DNA of 64,000 bases from an uncultured Verrucomicrobiae bacterium (GCA_963813025.1 CAWEXO010000013.1:416001-480000), one strand, 5' to 3'. Positions 11,000-23,149 are shown, counted from the first letter of the stretch. Program-made: numbers and translations. The notes: generated by a model not told the origin, from the sequence alone.

Positions 11000-11329
11000 T
11001 TAAAAACAAGGTTGCGCGACCCGCCGGACTGCGGACAGAAACGCACGATCCTTTCCTACTCAGCGAGAGGTGGATCTTAGTGGAGATCGTCGCAGTTTAC
11101 CTAGTGGCCCGCAAAGAAGGCAAGTCCTCTCTGGATCCTTGATTTTACACGTTAACGGCAATTATGGCGCGACGAACCGATATCATGACGGATCCCCCTA
11201 ACTTACAGAGTAGGTGACATCACAATAACTCGGGTCCGGGAAAGGCTCATCGGCGACTTCACACCGGAATATCTGATTTCAGGATGGGATCCAGCCGCCG
11301 CGCAGGAGCATCAGGAATGGATGGCTCAA

Positions 11330-11655
11330 GGCTGTTGGGACGAGGCACATGACCGGTCTTCTGCAGTTAGCGGCATTACCCTCTATCGAGCCATGGCGTT
11401 CTTGGGCGAGGAGATCGAACCCAAGGGCCAAAAGAACTTGAGTACACCACGCTGCCTCAAAGATTTGATTGAGGAAGAGTTTTCGAACGCCGACGCGATT
11501 TGTTTACCGAAGTGGACCTGGTCTTTTTCGACACCACCTCCCTCTACTTTTTTCGGCGCCGGTGAATCTCGACCCGGCGGAGAAGTCTGCGGCGGAGAGT
11601 CCATCGGTAAACGCGGCCACAATAAGGACCACCGGCCCGATCTTTACCAGATGGT
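11330..11655 (+). pseudogene. IS1634 family transposase fragment
   Basis: YRAMAFLGEE, PRCLKDLIEE, RRDLFTEVDLVFFDTTSLYF, KRGHNKDHRPDL. Confidence 0.75.
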
Positions 11656-11776
11656 GCTAACATCAAAATGACCTCTGCACGTTTAACTAACTCCGCCGTC
11701 AGAGACCGCTTCCGCGCCCTGCGCTTCAAATTCACGCCGCTGAGGTGGCGCCTACACAATTCTACCTAAACTCACG
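11656..11776 (-). pseudogene. 5' fragment of an IS630-A-like transposase
   Basis: Near-identical to 4690-4807 (KRRARKRSL..ELVKRAEVILMLA). Confidence 0.8.
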
Positions 11777-12944
11777 CTAGTGTACTGACTCTTAAGTCTC
11801 TTTAGGAAGTGAGGGATTTGTTGCTGCTTCCCAGGCGCGTTGAATTTTATTGAGAACTTCTTGGCCATCGGCGTGCCAGACGTAGCGTTTTGGTTCCAGG
11901 TTATGCTGCAAAAGGTAGAGGTTAATGGTATCGACCAGTTCGGCGACTGAGCCGAAGCTGCCGGGCAAGATGGCTCGTTGGCTCAGATCTCGGAAGAAGC
12001 GCTCCACCATGTTCATCCAGGAAGCGCTGGTGGGGGTGAAGTGCAGGTGGAAGCGTGGATGACGTTCCAGCCAACGGCGGAGGCTTTGGTGTTTGTGCGT
12101 TGCGTAGTTATCCACGATGAGGTGAATGCTTAAATCGCCCGCAATCTGGGCAGCGAGTTTCTTCAAGAACTTGAGCCACTCCGTATGCCGGTGGCGCGGC
12201 GCCACCTGACTGATGACTTTACCGCTGAGGTAATCGAGCGCAGCAAACAGGGTAATGGTTCCATGTCGGTAGTAATCGTGGGTGACTGTCCGCACATGAC
12301 CTTGGCCCAGTGGTAAGCCGGGCTGGCTGCGCTGCAAGGCCTGACACTGACTTTTTTCATCGCAACAGAGCACCACGGCCTTATCGGGGGGATTGAGATA
12401 AACTCCGATCACGTCCCAGAACTTGGCTTCGAACTCTTCGTCGCACGACAATTTGAAGACCCGCGTCCGGTGCGGCTTAATGTCGTTAGTCGACCAGAAG
12501 CGCTGCACCGTCGCTTTTGACACTCCCAGATGCCTGGCCATCGAACGGGTGCTCCATCGTCCCAGGCTCGCTGGCGGCCGGACTACCTCGCTCAAGATTC
12601 TGCCCTTGAGCATCGGCGCAATGCGTTCTGGGCGCCCGCTGCGGGCCAAGTCGGCCAAACCTCCAACGCCTTCTTGGAGGAAACGACCCCGCCAAAGCGT
12701 CACGGTTTGTTCGGTTGTGCCTAAGCGTTGGGCGTTCTCGACGTTGTCCGCGCCGGTCGCGCTTTCGAGGATTACCCGCGCTCGGAAGACCAGCCGTTTT
12801 TGACTAGTGCCAGCTCTGGCCATGCGCGCTAACTCCTGCCGCCGCACTTCGGTGAGCTCCAATTTTGCTTTCGGTCGACCTGCCATCCATTGATCATACA
12901 GCAGATCGCATCATATTAAAGACATTTAAGAGACACTGCACTAG
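11777..12944 (-). mobile_element. IS630 family element C, intact transposase 12886-11792
   Basis: IRs CTAGTGCAGTGTCTCTTAA / CTAGTGTACTGACTCTTAA; CCDEKSQ, IVDNYATHK, SWMNMVERFF. Confidence 0.93.
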
Positions 12945-13058
12945 TGTAGCATCCTGTAATTCTCTTTAATAAGGTGCGATTTTCTGTAGACTGCAGGGAT
13001 GACAGGTCGGCCGAAGGCAGATTTGGAGCTCACCGAAGTGCAGCGGCAGGAATTAGAA
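12941..13058 (+). pseudogene. Left end and first 20 codons of an IS630-D-like element
   Basis: Homologous to the left end at 29967-29850 (MTGRPKA.LELTEVQRQELE); truncated and in frame with wza. Confidence 0.8.
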
Positions 13059-13085
13059 AGCCGCTATTTATCCAGTTTGGAGCAA

Positions 13086-13739
13086 GTGCTAAGACGAGTT
13101 TTGTTTTCATTGTTTCACAGGAACGAGGTCAACCGAGTTTTCGTCCTGTTCTTGGCGTGTGCTTTTGGTTGCCTGTTCCTTTTAAGCAGTTTCGGATGCA
13201 GCGGCACCCCGCCGACACCCTTCCCCGGTGCGTTGACCGGCCAGAACGTTGTCGCACTTTCGAGCGGTGACGTGGTAAAGGTTTCTTTCACAGGCGCTCC
13301 GGAGCTCAATCAGGCTCAAAGGATTGCCACTGATGGGAAAATCAGCTTGCCCTTGATCGGGGAAGTCACGGCGGCTGGCAAGAGTTTGCTACAGCTACAG
13401 CAGGAGTTGAGTGGTCTCTATAAAACTCAGCTCCAGAATAGCGAAGTCATCGTAACTTTGGAAACTCGAGCGCTGCCGGTCGTGGTTTCCGGCGCAGTGC
13501 AAAAGCCGGGCAAAATTACTTTTGAAAGACCGGCTACTATACTGGAGGCGATCATGGAGGCGGGCGGCTTTACGCCGGAAGCGAACTTGAAGAAAGTCTC
13601 GCTTATTCGGATTGTGCGCGGACAGCATTACAGCAAGATTTTTGACCTCCGCGCGGTGTTGCAGGGAAAACCGACCCCCGCTGTCTACGTCAGTAGTGGC
13701 GACGTGATCTACGTGCCGGAGAAACTGCTTAATTTTTGA
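13086..13739 (+). CDS. wza: Polysaccharide export outer-membrane lipoprotein (Wza/OPX, Poly_export + SLBB); start uncertain
   Basis: Lipobox-like LSSFGC; GDVVKVSF, DGKISLPLIGEVTAAG, VSGAVQKPG, GDVIYVPE. Confidence 0.85.
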   Translation: MLRRVLFSLFHRNEVNRVFVLFLACAFGCLFLLSSFGCSGTPPTPFPGALTGQNVVALSSGDVVKVSFTGAPELNQAQRIATDGKISLPLIGEVTAAGKSLLQLQQELSGLYKTQLQNSEVIVTLETRALPVVVSGAVQKPGKITFERPATILEAIMEAGGFTPEANLKKVSLIRIVRGQHYSKIFDLRAVLQGKPTPAVYVSSGDVIYVPEKLLNF

Positions 13740-14423
13740 CCGGTCCAAAACAAATTGAAGCTTCGGCTGAATCCGGGAAGCATAGAACCCGGGGGTGCAA
13801 GCTTGTTGGTTCAGTACTGAGGCTGCTGCCAGATCGTTCCCGTATGAGACGACCCGCTCGTGCTGAAAGGCATTGCCCCGTGGCCAGCGTGTTATCTTGA
13901 CGTTTCAGGCCTCGCGAAATCTTTCGGCGCGGCTCTACGCTAGGCAACGATTTTTGCCAGACGAGCCAGTCGTTCTCACAAGAATGCGCGCTGCCACGAA
14001 CCGGAGGTTAGCAACGGCGCCGAAAACACTATTCAACCTAACGCGCTCGCAATACATGTGTTCGGCAGCAATCCTTCCCAAAGCACACTCTCGCCGGCCG
14101 ATCGTTGGACTTTGGAATTACCTCTTGCCGCCAATCCGTGCTTCCTTGCCGTCTCTTCGTCGGACGTTGCTGAGTCCGACGGCAGCGAAATCGGTGACGC
14201 CGTAATTAGCTTGGAGTATCGCATGGATATGCAGTGACCCTCGCCCGAAAATCTCCCAACGAGATGGTAATGCCGGGGACTAGCTGAGCTGAGCAGGTCG
14301 AAGGCGTAGTAGACGAGCAGAGTTCGCTTACGAGAGGACTGGATTACAATCGGAGACAAACAAAATTCACGAGCTTCTCGTTTGCCCAGCGTTCGACGCA
14401 ACCGTTAAGTTAAAGCGGAGCCG

Positions 14424-14620
14424 ATGATAGCCAAAAGCCCCAAGAATGACAAAAACGTAGCGAGGTTAGGCATCATCGTCGCTGGCTCGGCCCCTCCGAT
14501 TGAGGGCTTCAAGGCGGGGCTCGCCGAACTCAGGTGGCGAAGAACGGAACGTCAATTTCGCGATTCGCGTTGCACAAGGTCAAATCGATCGACTTGCCGG
14601 AATCGCCGCCGCTGGCGGCG
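14424..14620 (+). pseudogene. ABC substrate-binding protein N-terminal fragment
   Basis: ARLGIIVAGSAPPIEGFKAGLAEL...NVNFAIRVAQGQIDRL, across a frameshift. Confidence 0.5.
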
Positions 14621-14663
14621 ACAACAACCAAAACCGCTATAAGAAAGGAGGAATTACTCAGGC

Positions 14664-15890
14664 GTGTACGCTATTCCGAACCCGAATGGAGCGACTGAAA
14701 ACGACCGCTGGTGGCATATGTCGGACTCACTTCTTCATGCGGTCTCCACGGGGAAAATAGCTGCTGCCGCTATCATCTATGGAGATCTGATCGACGCTTA
14801 TCGAAACAACAACCAGGGCGGATTCAATCGCATCATTCAAGAGTACAACCAGTATCTTGCCCAAACGGTTCCAGAGCAATTGTCCCGGCCTCGGCGCGAA
14901 TTCTTCTTCAACCAGGCGCAGCCGTTCCTTCAGGCAATGGTTCTGTACGTCATCGTCCTTATATTCGCTCTATTCTCGTGGTTGAAATGGCCGAAAACAC
15001 TCGGAAAGACCGCTGCTATTCTTCTCGTCTTCGCGTTCCTCCTGCATACGTTCGGGCTCTTGTTCCGCATGTATTTGCAAGGACGACCGCCGGTTACGAA
15101 TCTCTACAGTTCGGCGCTCTTTGTCGGCTGGGGTTCGGTTCTTCTCTGCCTTTTCCTCGAACGTTTTTACAAGAACGGCATCGGGAGTGTGTGCGCTTCA
15201 AGCATCGGTTTTGTTACGCTACTGATTGCCCACAATTTGCAGTTGGATGGCGATTCGCTTGAAATGCTTCGAGCGGTGCTAGACACCAATGTCTGGTTAG
15301 CGACTCATGTGGTCATGGTGACTCTTGGCTACTCGTCGGTGGCCTTGGCCGGTTTCCTGGGCATTATCTATATCTTCCGCGGCCTTTTTACCACCTCGTT
15401 CAACGAAACGACGGCGACTTCACTCAGTCGAATGATGTACGGTATCATTTGCTTTGGTACGTTATTCAGCTTCGTTGGCACCATCCTGGGCGGAATCTGG
15501 GCCGATCAATCCTGGGGGCGCTTCTGGGGATGGGACCCGAAAGAGAACGGAGCGCTTCTCATCGTATTGTGGAACGCCATAATTCTTCACGCCCGCTGGG
15601 GTGGGTTCATTCGCGAACGCGGCCTTGCAGTCATGAGCGTGTTTGGCAATATCGTGTTCAGTTTTAGCTGGTTTGGCGTTAACATGCTTGGTGTCGGGTT
15701 GCACTCCTATGGTTTTATGGATCGGGCATTCGGTCCTCTGATGGCCTTCATTGCCAGCCAACTGGCAGTGATGGCGCTGGGCATGGTGCCTCTGAGACAT
15801 TGGCGCGGGATTCAAGCTCGAGAGAGGCAAGTTTCCACGGATCGCGCAGAGCCGTTACTGACGCGCAGCGCAGCGACAAAGCAGGGATAG
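14664..15890 (+). CDS. ccsA: Cytochrome c biogenesis protein CcsA/ResC (system II), probably 5'-truncated from a fused CcsBA
   Basis: WWD motif WADQSWGRFWGWDPKE; GRPPVTNLYSS; GLHSYG; no ccsB part upstream. Confidence 0.85.
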   Translation: MYAIPNPNGATENDRWWHMSDSLLHAVSTGKIAAAAIIYGDLIDAYRNNNQGGFNRIIQEYNQYLAQTVPEQLSRPRREFFFNQAQPFLQAMVLYVIVLIFALFSWLKWPKTLGKTAAILLVFAFLLHTFGLLFRMYLQGRPPVTNLYSSALFVGWGSVLLCLFLERFYKNGIGSVCASSIGFVTLLIAHNLQLDGDSLEMLRAVLDTNVWLATHVVMVTLGYSSVALAGFLGIIYIFRGLFTTSFNETTATSLSRMMYGIICFGTLFSFVGTILGGIWADQSWGRFWGWDPKENGALLIVLWNAIILHARWGGFIRERGLAVMSVFGNIVFSFSWFGVNMLGVGLHSYGFMDRAFGPLMAFIASQLAVMALGMVPLRHWRGIQARERQVSTDRAEPLLTRSAATKQG

Positions 15891-16004
15891 CTGATCAATA
15901 AGTGCTCGAATACTTGGGGGGAGCGCCCTTTTCATCTACGGCGCTTCCTGTGAGTAAATAAAGGCATGGGTCCCAGGTGAGGATTCGCGGCCGGGCTTCG
16001 CGAT

Positions 16005-16175
16005 AGATAGCCATTGGTCCGGCGGACCGGATTCAAATTCCTGACGGAGCGCAAGTCGTCAATGCCAGGAAAAGACAATAATCCCGGGACTGATCAGCGC
16101 GCATAGTCATCTCGGCTTGTGCGAAGGAGCCCTGGGTCCAAGCCCTAAGCATTACAATCGCGACAATGTCCCCAT
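16005..16175 (+). pseudogene. Amidohydrolase N-terminal fragment
   Basis: IAIGPADRIQIPDGAQVVNA...KTIIPGLISAHSHLG (HxH metal motif). Confidence 0.55.
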
Positions 16176-16225
16176 CAACTTGAGCAATACGAGCGTTATG
16201 GCGTCCAGAGTGTGATGGCGCTTGG

Positions 16226-16751
16226 ATGCAACAAGGACGTGGCCCAGCCCCGGATATTTTGCCCGACTTCGCCAGCGTAAACTTTCATGAATTCGGCGCA
16301 GTGCAAGTTGCTCTGCTTCTGCTCGAAAAGGGCGTTGCCGTGGAAGCTGGAATCTGGAACGCCGAAGCAGCGACTGTTTCGGCAGAGCGGCTTGTCGGAT
16401 CGCTGTCTGCGCATCCTAATTGAACCGGGTCAAGAACCTGGAAACGCTAAGGCTCATCTCGACGACATCGAATCCGGTTTGCAAGAAATTCAATGTCCGC
16501 GCTTGCTGCATGGCTTTGAAACGTCAAGCTGGGAGTTCATCGCGTTAGCGGCACGTCGTGGCTATGATACACGCATCGACTTCGAAGACACGCTCACGCT
16601 TCCGCAAGGTCGCCGCGCAAAGGACAATGGCGAACTCGTAGCGGAAGCCTGGAACATTGCGCGTGCGTCTGTGACGATTAAGTCCGCTCCCGATGCGACC
16701 CGCGAGCGGGAAAGCTTTTGTCTGCATCCTCGCTTGTTCCGACACGGTTAG
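16226..16751 (+). pseudogene. Beta-keto acid cleavage enzyme (DUF849) C-terminal part, frameshifted
   Basis: PDFASVNFHE, GVAVEAGIWN, RLLHGF, GYDTRIDFEDTLTLP..NGELV. Confidence 0.75.
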
Positions 16752-17147
16752 GCGGCTATCCGATCAATAAACAAATACTAACAGTTCCGGAGACCGCTAC
16801 TAACATTGAACCGTTTCGAACGCCGGCTTGTCCATGCCAGAAAGAATTCTTTCAGCGGATTGCATTTACAGCCCTCAATTCAAACAGAGAAGCTGCCGCC
16901 ACCAAATGCCGATCGCTGCGGTAGATCTCGGGCGAAACCGGTCTCCGCGACAGTGGGCAAATGTTGTACAGGTTTTCGGGAATAAAGACATCGGCAGTCC
17001 CATCTCAACATTATGTTGAAAATCAGTTTGTGTTTGCGCTTGCGAGTGATCCCCGGCGTTTAGAAAGTAACCAGCCATGCTGCCATTGGTCAATGTGATG
17101 GCAAGGAAATGCGTCCTGTTTCAACTACAGGCCGGGAGAGCGATTAT

Positions 17148-17763
17148 ATGAGAACAAATCCGATTCTAGATGTTTTAAAATTCCTCACTCAGAGTGGCTG
17201 GCCGACCTATATTTTCTGGTTGCTGGTCATTGCAAGCATTGTGATTGCGGCAGTCAATCTTCGTCGCGACCCAAGTCAACGCTCAGGTCTGCACGTGTGG
17301 AACTGGTTGGCCCGACTACTGATCGGCGCGATGTGGTGGCAGCAGTCGTTGTGGAAACGCCTCCCTCTTACGGGGGTCTGCGTTACTGGATAGAGCAAAT
17401 GATAAAGGGGCCAGTACAGAGCTGCAGCGGCACTTTGTAAGCGATATAGTGCTTCCGCATTTCTACTTCTTTGCCCCACAGGTCTATTTCTCAGAAGTGC
17501 TGATTGCCTTAACCCTGATTCTTGGGCTGTTCAGCCGCTTAGGAGCTTTTATCGGTACACTGATGGCCCTCAATCTTTGGCTAGGCCTTTATCGTTCCCC
17601 GACCGAGTGGCCTTGGACCTACTTCTTCCTCATTATGATCCAGATCATGCTCCTGGTTCAACGACCTGGACGCAGTCTGGGCTTGGATGCTATCTTGCTG
17701 CGACGGGAGCAGGAGTCTTTCCACCGTGGTCTTCTAGGGCGCCTGGTTCGACTCCTGTCCTGA
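17148..17763 (+). CDS. DoxX/DoxD-like membrane protein, frameshifted near 17360-17430
   Basis: RLLIGAMWWQQSLWK; EVLIALTLILGLFSRLG; EWPWTYFF; RSLGLD. Confidence 0.7.
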
Positions 17764-17897
17764 CCCACGCAGGTTTTACTTGATGACACGAGGGTGCAAG
17801 CGCCATCAACTTGTTTTCGATGCCGGCGGCCTTAAAATGAAGGCTCCGGGGCGAACCAAGATTGATCGAAAGCCGGGCGGTTCGTCGCAGCACGCGT

Positions 17898-18934
17898 ATG
17901 CAGGCCAAAGTGAATATTGAGCTCGATGCTGGAATCAAGTCGTTTGCTACAGGCCTGCTGCCTGAGCTTATTGCTGCATTGCGCCGATGTCGCCCGGGCG
18001 ATCTCTTGTGGTCGTGAGCGCCAAGCGGACCTTGGCGCAGACCTTGAGACTTGGTGCCGCTTCACGCGCAACACTTTGGTCGAAACGATTGTCGAAGCGG
18101 GACCGCACGCGGTGGCTGATCCGTTGCGGGGAGGCTCCGGCAAATGGAGACGCCGATCGCCCCGTCGGCTCACGTCTTTGGCTTTACACGAATTTCGACT
18201 GCAACTTGCATTGCGACTATTGCTGCGTGCGCTCCTCGCCCAAAGCGCCGCGGCGGGAGCTTGGCCTAGCGCGGGTGCGAGCGGATCGCCGTCGAAGCAG
18301 CAGAACTCGGCGTCCGCGAAATTTTCGTGACCGGCGGCGAACCGTTTCTGCTCGCGGACATCGGCGAGATCCTGGCTGCGTGCTGCGCTGCCGCGCCGAC
18401 CACGGTACTCACCAACGGCATGCTGTTCTCCGGACGGCGGCTCCAAACGCTGCGTTCATTGCCGAGCGATCGCTTGACGCTGCAGATCAGCCTCGACAGT
18501 CCGACGCCCGAACGACACGACCGCCATCGTGGAAAGGGCACATGGGCGCGCGCATTGGAGTGGTATTGAGCGCGCTCGCGCCGAAGGGTTCCGGGTGCGA
18601 TTGGCAGCGACCGTCTCCACTGATGCTGAGGCCGAGGAGTTCCGTCGCTTCCTCGATGACCGGCAGATCAAGGAAGAGGACCGGGTGATCCGCCGCATTG
18701 CGCTGCGGGGTTTCGCCACAGAAGGGCGTCGCACTTGCACGCGCCGATCTGGTGCCCGAGGTCACCATAACGGCGGAAGGCGTCTATTGGCATCCGGTGG
18801 GTGCCGAGGACGCGATCTGCTTGTCACCACCCGAGATCTTTCCGCTGGCCGAGTCCTTCGCTGCAGTGCGTCGTGCCTTCGAACGCGAAAGCGAGCATCG
18901 GCGCCGATTGGCGACGATCTTCAATTGCGCGTAG
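17898..18934 (+). CDS. Radical SAM enzyme with N-terminal TusA-like domain (resembles mycobacterial Rv1681), several frameshifts
   Basis: MQAKVNIELDAG...GLLPELIAALRRCRPGDL...DLETWCRFT; LWLYTNFDCNLHCDYCC (CxxxCxxC); TGGEPFL; VLTNG; LQISLDS. Confidence 0.8.
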
Positions 18935-18939
18935 ACGTG

Positions 18940-19838
18940 CGGCGAGAGAAAACCGGGTCTCAACCGGAACCTGTTTCACGGCCGGTCTACTTCGCCATCG
19001 CGGGCGATTGAAGAAACCCTGTCGCGCGGCTGCCTGGCGCAGGGAATCGTACCCATCGAGGTGCGGCGACTCCCAGCGGCGAAGCCCTTCGGCTTCGAGC
19101 ACGGCACGGTGGCTCGGATTGTCGTAGTTCATCCCGGACAGGGCTTCAGCGAACTGTTGCTCCAATGATGGATCGAGATCGGGTCGAGCAGTAAACATGC
19201 AGTGATTGTAGGGCGGCGACGTCCAGATCTCGGTGAGCGCGCCTTCCGGCACCAAGCGCTCGCTGTGCAACGTCTTCCAGAACGGACTGCCGATTGCGCC
19301 GGCATCGGCGCGGCCGTCGAGGACGGCGCGAACGACTTCGGCCTCGCTTGTGCCAGTGTCGCCATGCTTGCCGACGTCGTTGTTGAAGCGCAGCGTGCGG
19401 TAGTGCTGTCCCTCGACCAGGCCTTCGCTGCTCCAGAAAATAAACCGGCAGGATCGCGGCATGGCCACTGTCGCGGCTGCCGAGGGCCAAGGTGCGATCT
19501 CTAAGATCGGTAAGCGCAGTGACCGGGCCGCCGCTGACCGCGACGATCTTAGTGGTCCAGCCGATATCGGTGTCACGCATGGCGATCGGCCGGCAGCGAT
19601 GGTCGCTCCACGCGTCGGCCTGCAGATACGCAAGGTTGGTATTCCATGCGATGTCAATGCGCGGCATAGGATCGCCGGGTGCGGCCAGAAGGGCGCTTAC
19701 CTGCGTCTCGTAACTCTGGAACAGCACGACCTCGACTGGCAGGCGCGCCTCCTCGTGAAAGTAATGTCGCATGCCTTCCCAGATCGTGACCACCTTCGGA
19801 TCGTACGCAACAGCACCTACCCAGATTGTTCGGCTCAT
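18940..19838 (-). CDS. PhnD/SsuA-fold substrate-binding-like protein without signal peptide (resembles Rv1680); frameshifts, 3' end uncertain
   Basis: VGAVAYDPKVVTIW, IDIAWNTNLAY, LALGSRDSGHAAILP, DVGKHGDTGTSE, PYNHCMFT. Confidence 0.75.
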
Positions 19839-19940
19839 GAGTGCCTTTTATCTTAGAATGATTTGCGATTGAATGAGAATCTTTCGGCAAATGGTGAACT
19901 ATCGGCCCACGAGATCTGGTTATTGCTTGTGCACATACGG

Positions 19941-21090
19941 TCAGAAGAGCGGCATTCCCAGGAGCGCCCTTGGCAATGAATTCCCGCAGGACGTCGCCGG
20001 TCGGCGCCATCACGGCGCCCGCATGAGCATCACGGAACAGTCGCTCGATGTTCATGTGCTTCGAGAACGCCGCACCGCCGCACACCCGCATCGCGGTCGA
20101 AGTAACTCCGATGGCTGTGTCGCCCGCCGCGGCTTTGGTTTCGAGCACGCGTAACAGGGTCGTATCGCGAGGCCGCTCAAGGTGCTCAACCAAGTCGTCG
20201 ACACGCGCCGAAAGGCCATCAGTATCGATCTGCATCGTTGCGAGCTGCGCGCGCAGTGTCGGTAAGCTCTCTCCCAGGCTCTGGCCAAGATGCTCGAACC
20301 GAGCGTTTTTGAGATGCGCCGCTGTTGCTGCGACCGCGGCGCGACAGAGACCCAGGGCTACAGATGCCGTCCCCAAGATTAAACTGCGGCAGAACCACCT
20401 CCATCATGGCTTGGAAACCTGCGCCGTCGTTCGTGAGTTGGAGTTCATACGGCACCTCGCAATCGTCGAGCGTCATCGGAGCGGAAGCGTTGGCCCGCAG
20501 CCCTAGGCCGTCCCAGGAGCCTTGCTACTGAAAGCCCGCGCGCACCCGCCGGAACCAGGTAGAGTGTCGAGTCAGTAGGACCTGCCCCTTCGGGCGCCAG
20601 CGACGAGACCACGTAGCTTTGCGCGCAGCCAGCGCTCGTCACCCACGACTTCTTCGCCGTAATGATGCACGCCCGCGCCGTTCCGGCGCGCACGGGAGAC
20701 TGGCGCCCAAAAGTGACTGCGCGAGCCAGACTCACTGAAGGCAAGGGTGGACAGATGCTGGCCGGATGCGATCTCTTTCAGAATCTTGGACACGGCGGCC
20801 TCTGGCCGGGCCGCCGCGATCGTCGCGGCTGGCACAGATATGCATCAGATAGACCATTGCGACCGATGCGTCCGCCTCGGCAAGGTCGCGTGACCGCCGC
20901 AAACGTGCGTAGTCCCGAGACCCGCGCCGCCGAACTCTGCTGGGAGCGTCAGCCCAAGGAGCCCGGCTCGCCCAAGCGTGTCAACAGCCTCAGTCGAGAA
21001 CCGACCTTCTTTATCGTTCTGCCTGGCGGCAGGGGCTAGAACACGAACTGCTATTTCTGTTGCTTTCGAAAGCGCTGTCTCATGATTCAT
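19941..21090 (-). CDS. Acyl-CoA dehydrogenase family protein (FadE16-like), several frameshifts
   Basis: GLLGLTLPAEFGGAG, LAFSESGSRSHFWAP, KKSWVTSAG, GGAAFSKHMNIERLFRDAHAG, ends LLGMPLF. Confidence 0.8.
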
Positions 21091-21621
21091 AGTGCACTCA
21101 ATTCCAAAAGTGTCGCAGACGTTGCATTGCATTGAATCGATCAGGCATCGATCCATGGCCTATTAAAGAACTCGGCGACTGTTATATCAACCTGAGGTCT
21201 CGAATCCAGTCGCATTCCCAAAAAACTATATTCTTTTCGGCTTATAGATCGCTCCCGGCAGGTTGAATCCTTAGCTGATTGAGTACCGCGGTGGCTTCGT
21301 GAATAAACTGAATAGAGCGCTCCAAGCCCAAAATGAGAGTCCGGTAACTCTTATTTGGCTGGTACAGAGGGTTCAGGAGACCGGACACGTTACGAGAACC
21401 GAATGCCGGCTATGGAACCGAAGAAAGAGCACAGTGAACACGAGGATGCAGGGACCAGGGTCGAGCGCACGACGTACGACAATCCCGACACCAGGACGCA
21501 CGCCGAAGAGGTCAAAATAGAAAAGACAGACGGAGAAAAGAGAGGATAAGTAAGGTCGTAGCCGCTAGATTTACGGTAAGGCCCGAAGCACCTCACAAGC
21601 CCAGCTATGAAGCCGGTGTGC

Positions 21622-22809
21622 TTACACCTGATATGACATGTACTCAGGAGTCCATTGGCTTTCGACAACCTCTCGGCGGAGTGCTTCAGGTTCGCACGCG
21701 GGAGCTAATCCCTCTTCTTGTGCTTTTAGCGCGACCGCATAAGCGATCTCGCGCGCAACCTCCCGGATGTCTGTGACGCTTGGTAGCAGGGAAGCAGACG
21801 GATCCCGTAGGGCGGGGGAATGATCGCCAAGAGGTTTTGCCCCGGCCAGCATCATCTTATCCGTTACTCTCCGGGCCTGTGAGGCTAACAACCCGAGACC
21901 GACTGCCGGAAAGATAAAGACATTGTTGCATTGAGCGATCTCGATGCTTCTTCCGGCATATTTCACGGGCGCGAATGGTGATCCGGTGGCAACGAGAGCT
22001 CGACCTTCGGTCCAGGCCAGGAGATCTGAAGGCTCGGCCTCCGAACGGCTGGTGGGGTTCGATAAAGGAAAGATGATTGGCCGCCGGGTTTTTCCGGCCA
22101 TTTCGCGAACAATCGACTCGGTGAAGATTCCTTTAACGGTAGATAAGCCGATCAATACCGTTGCGTCGACCTTGCTGATCACTTCTGCCAAGTCGATTTG
22201 ACCCTGTTGGTTACGAGGCCAATCCGCAATTTCGTTACGAGCTCTGGCGTAAGTTCTTTGCTCATTCGAGAGGTCTCGCCGATCGCTGTCTAACAGACCG
22301 TCTTTATCGACGATCCAAAAGCGAGCACCGGCTTCATCTTCGGAAAGACTCTCTCCAACCATCGCAATGCGAAGGTAGTCCGCAACCCCGATGGCAGCCG
22401 AGCCGGCACCGACGAAAACTATCTGGTGTTCTTTGATGCTTTTCCCCGCAACTTTAGACGCACCAACGACTGCTCCAAGCACTACTGCAGCAGTCCCCTG
22501 GACATCATCATTGAAGGTTAGAAGCTCGTTCTGGTAACGCACCAGTAAGGGACGGGCATTCGGCGTTGCAAAATCTTCCCACTGCAGACAGGTATCGGGT
22601 AGCTCCTGTTTCACTGCCTGCACGAAGCGATCCACGAAATCGAGATACTCCTGCCCTCTGACTCGCTCGTGCCGCCAACCCAGATACTCCGGATCGTTCA
22701 AGCGCTCCTGGTTGTTCGTGCCCATATCCAGAATAATCGGGAGGGTTCGCGATGGATGAATTCCCCCGATCAAGGAGTAAAGCGAAAGCTTGCCGATGGG
22801 AATTCCCAT
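21622..22809 (-). pseudogene. maeA: NAD-dependent malic enzyme, N-terminal part missing
   Basis: Begins at the internal motif GMGIPIGKL; QWEDF, FNDDVQGT, GAGSAAIG, FPLSNPT, QCNNVFIFP. Confidence 0.85.
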
Positions 22810-22813
22810 GCCA

Positions 22814-23100
22814 CTATCGAACCAGATTGCTTACTGCCAGATCGATTACCTCGTCGCCACGACCGTTGAGCACCGCTTGGAGCGCCCACAGGTTAAACCC
22901 GACTGCCTGATCGAGCTTAATCGTCGGCGGCATGGAGAGCTCTGTCCGGTTGACCACGGCGTCGACCAGGGCCGGTCCGTCGTGCTGAAACGCCTCTGTC
23001 ACAGCTGTCTTTAAATCGGCCGGATCTTCCACCCGCACCCCGAACATGCCCGCCGAACGGGCCAGCGCGACAAAGTCTGGATTCAGCAGCTCGGTTCGTT
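22814..23100 (-). pseudogene. poxB: Pyruvate dehydrogenase (quinone) C-terminal fragment
   Basis: TELLNPDF...HDGPALVDAVVNRTELSMPP...GRGDEVIDLA. Confidence 0.8.
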
Positions 23101-23149
23101 GCTAAACTGGATACCTGCTGTCCCGCCGATTTGCGTGGTGGTTGGCTTA

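Noticed and set aside
9620..11142. Gene interrupted by ISL3 (9620-9904 plus 11008-11142)
   Set aside because: Frames appear to join but no family is recognisable and there is an internal stop
21355..21549. Small charged ORF as a radical SAM (RiPP) precursor
   Set aside because: Divergent from the cassette, no leader/core pattern, and the radical SAM shows no SPASM or RRE domain
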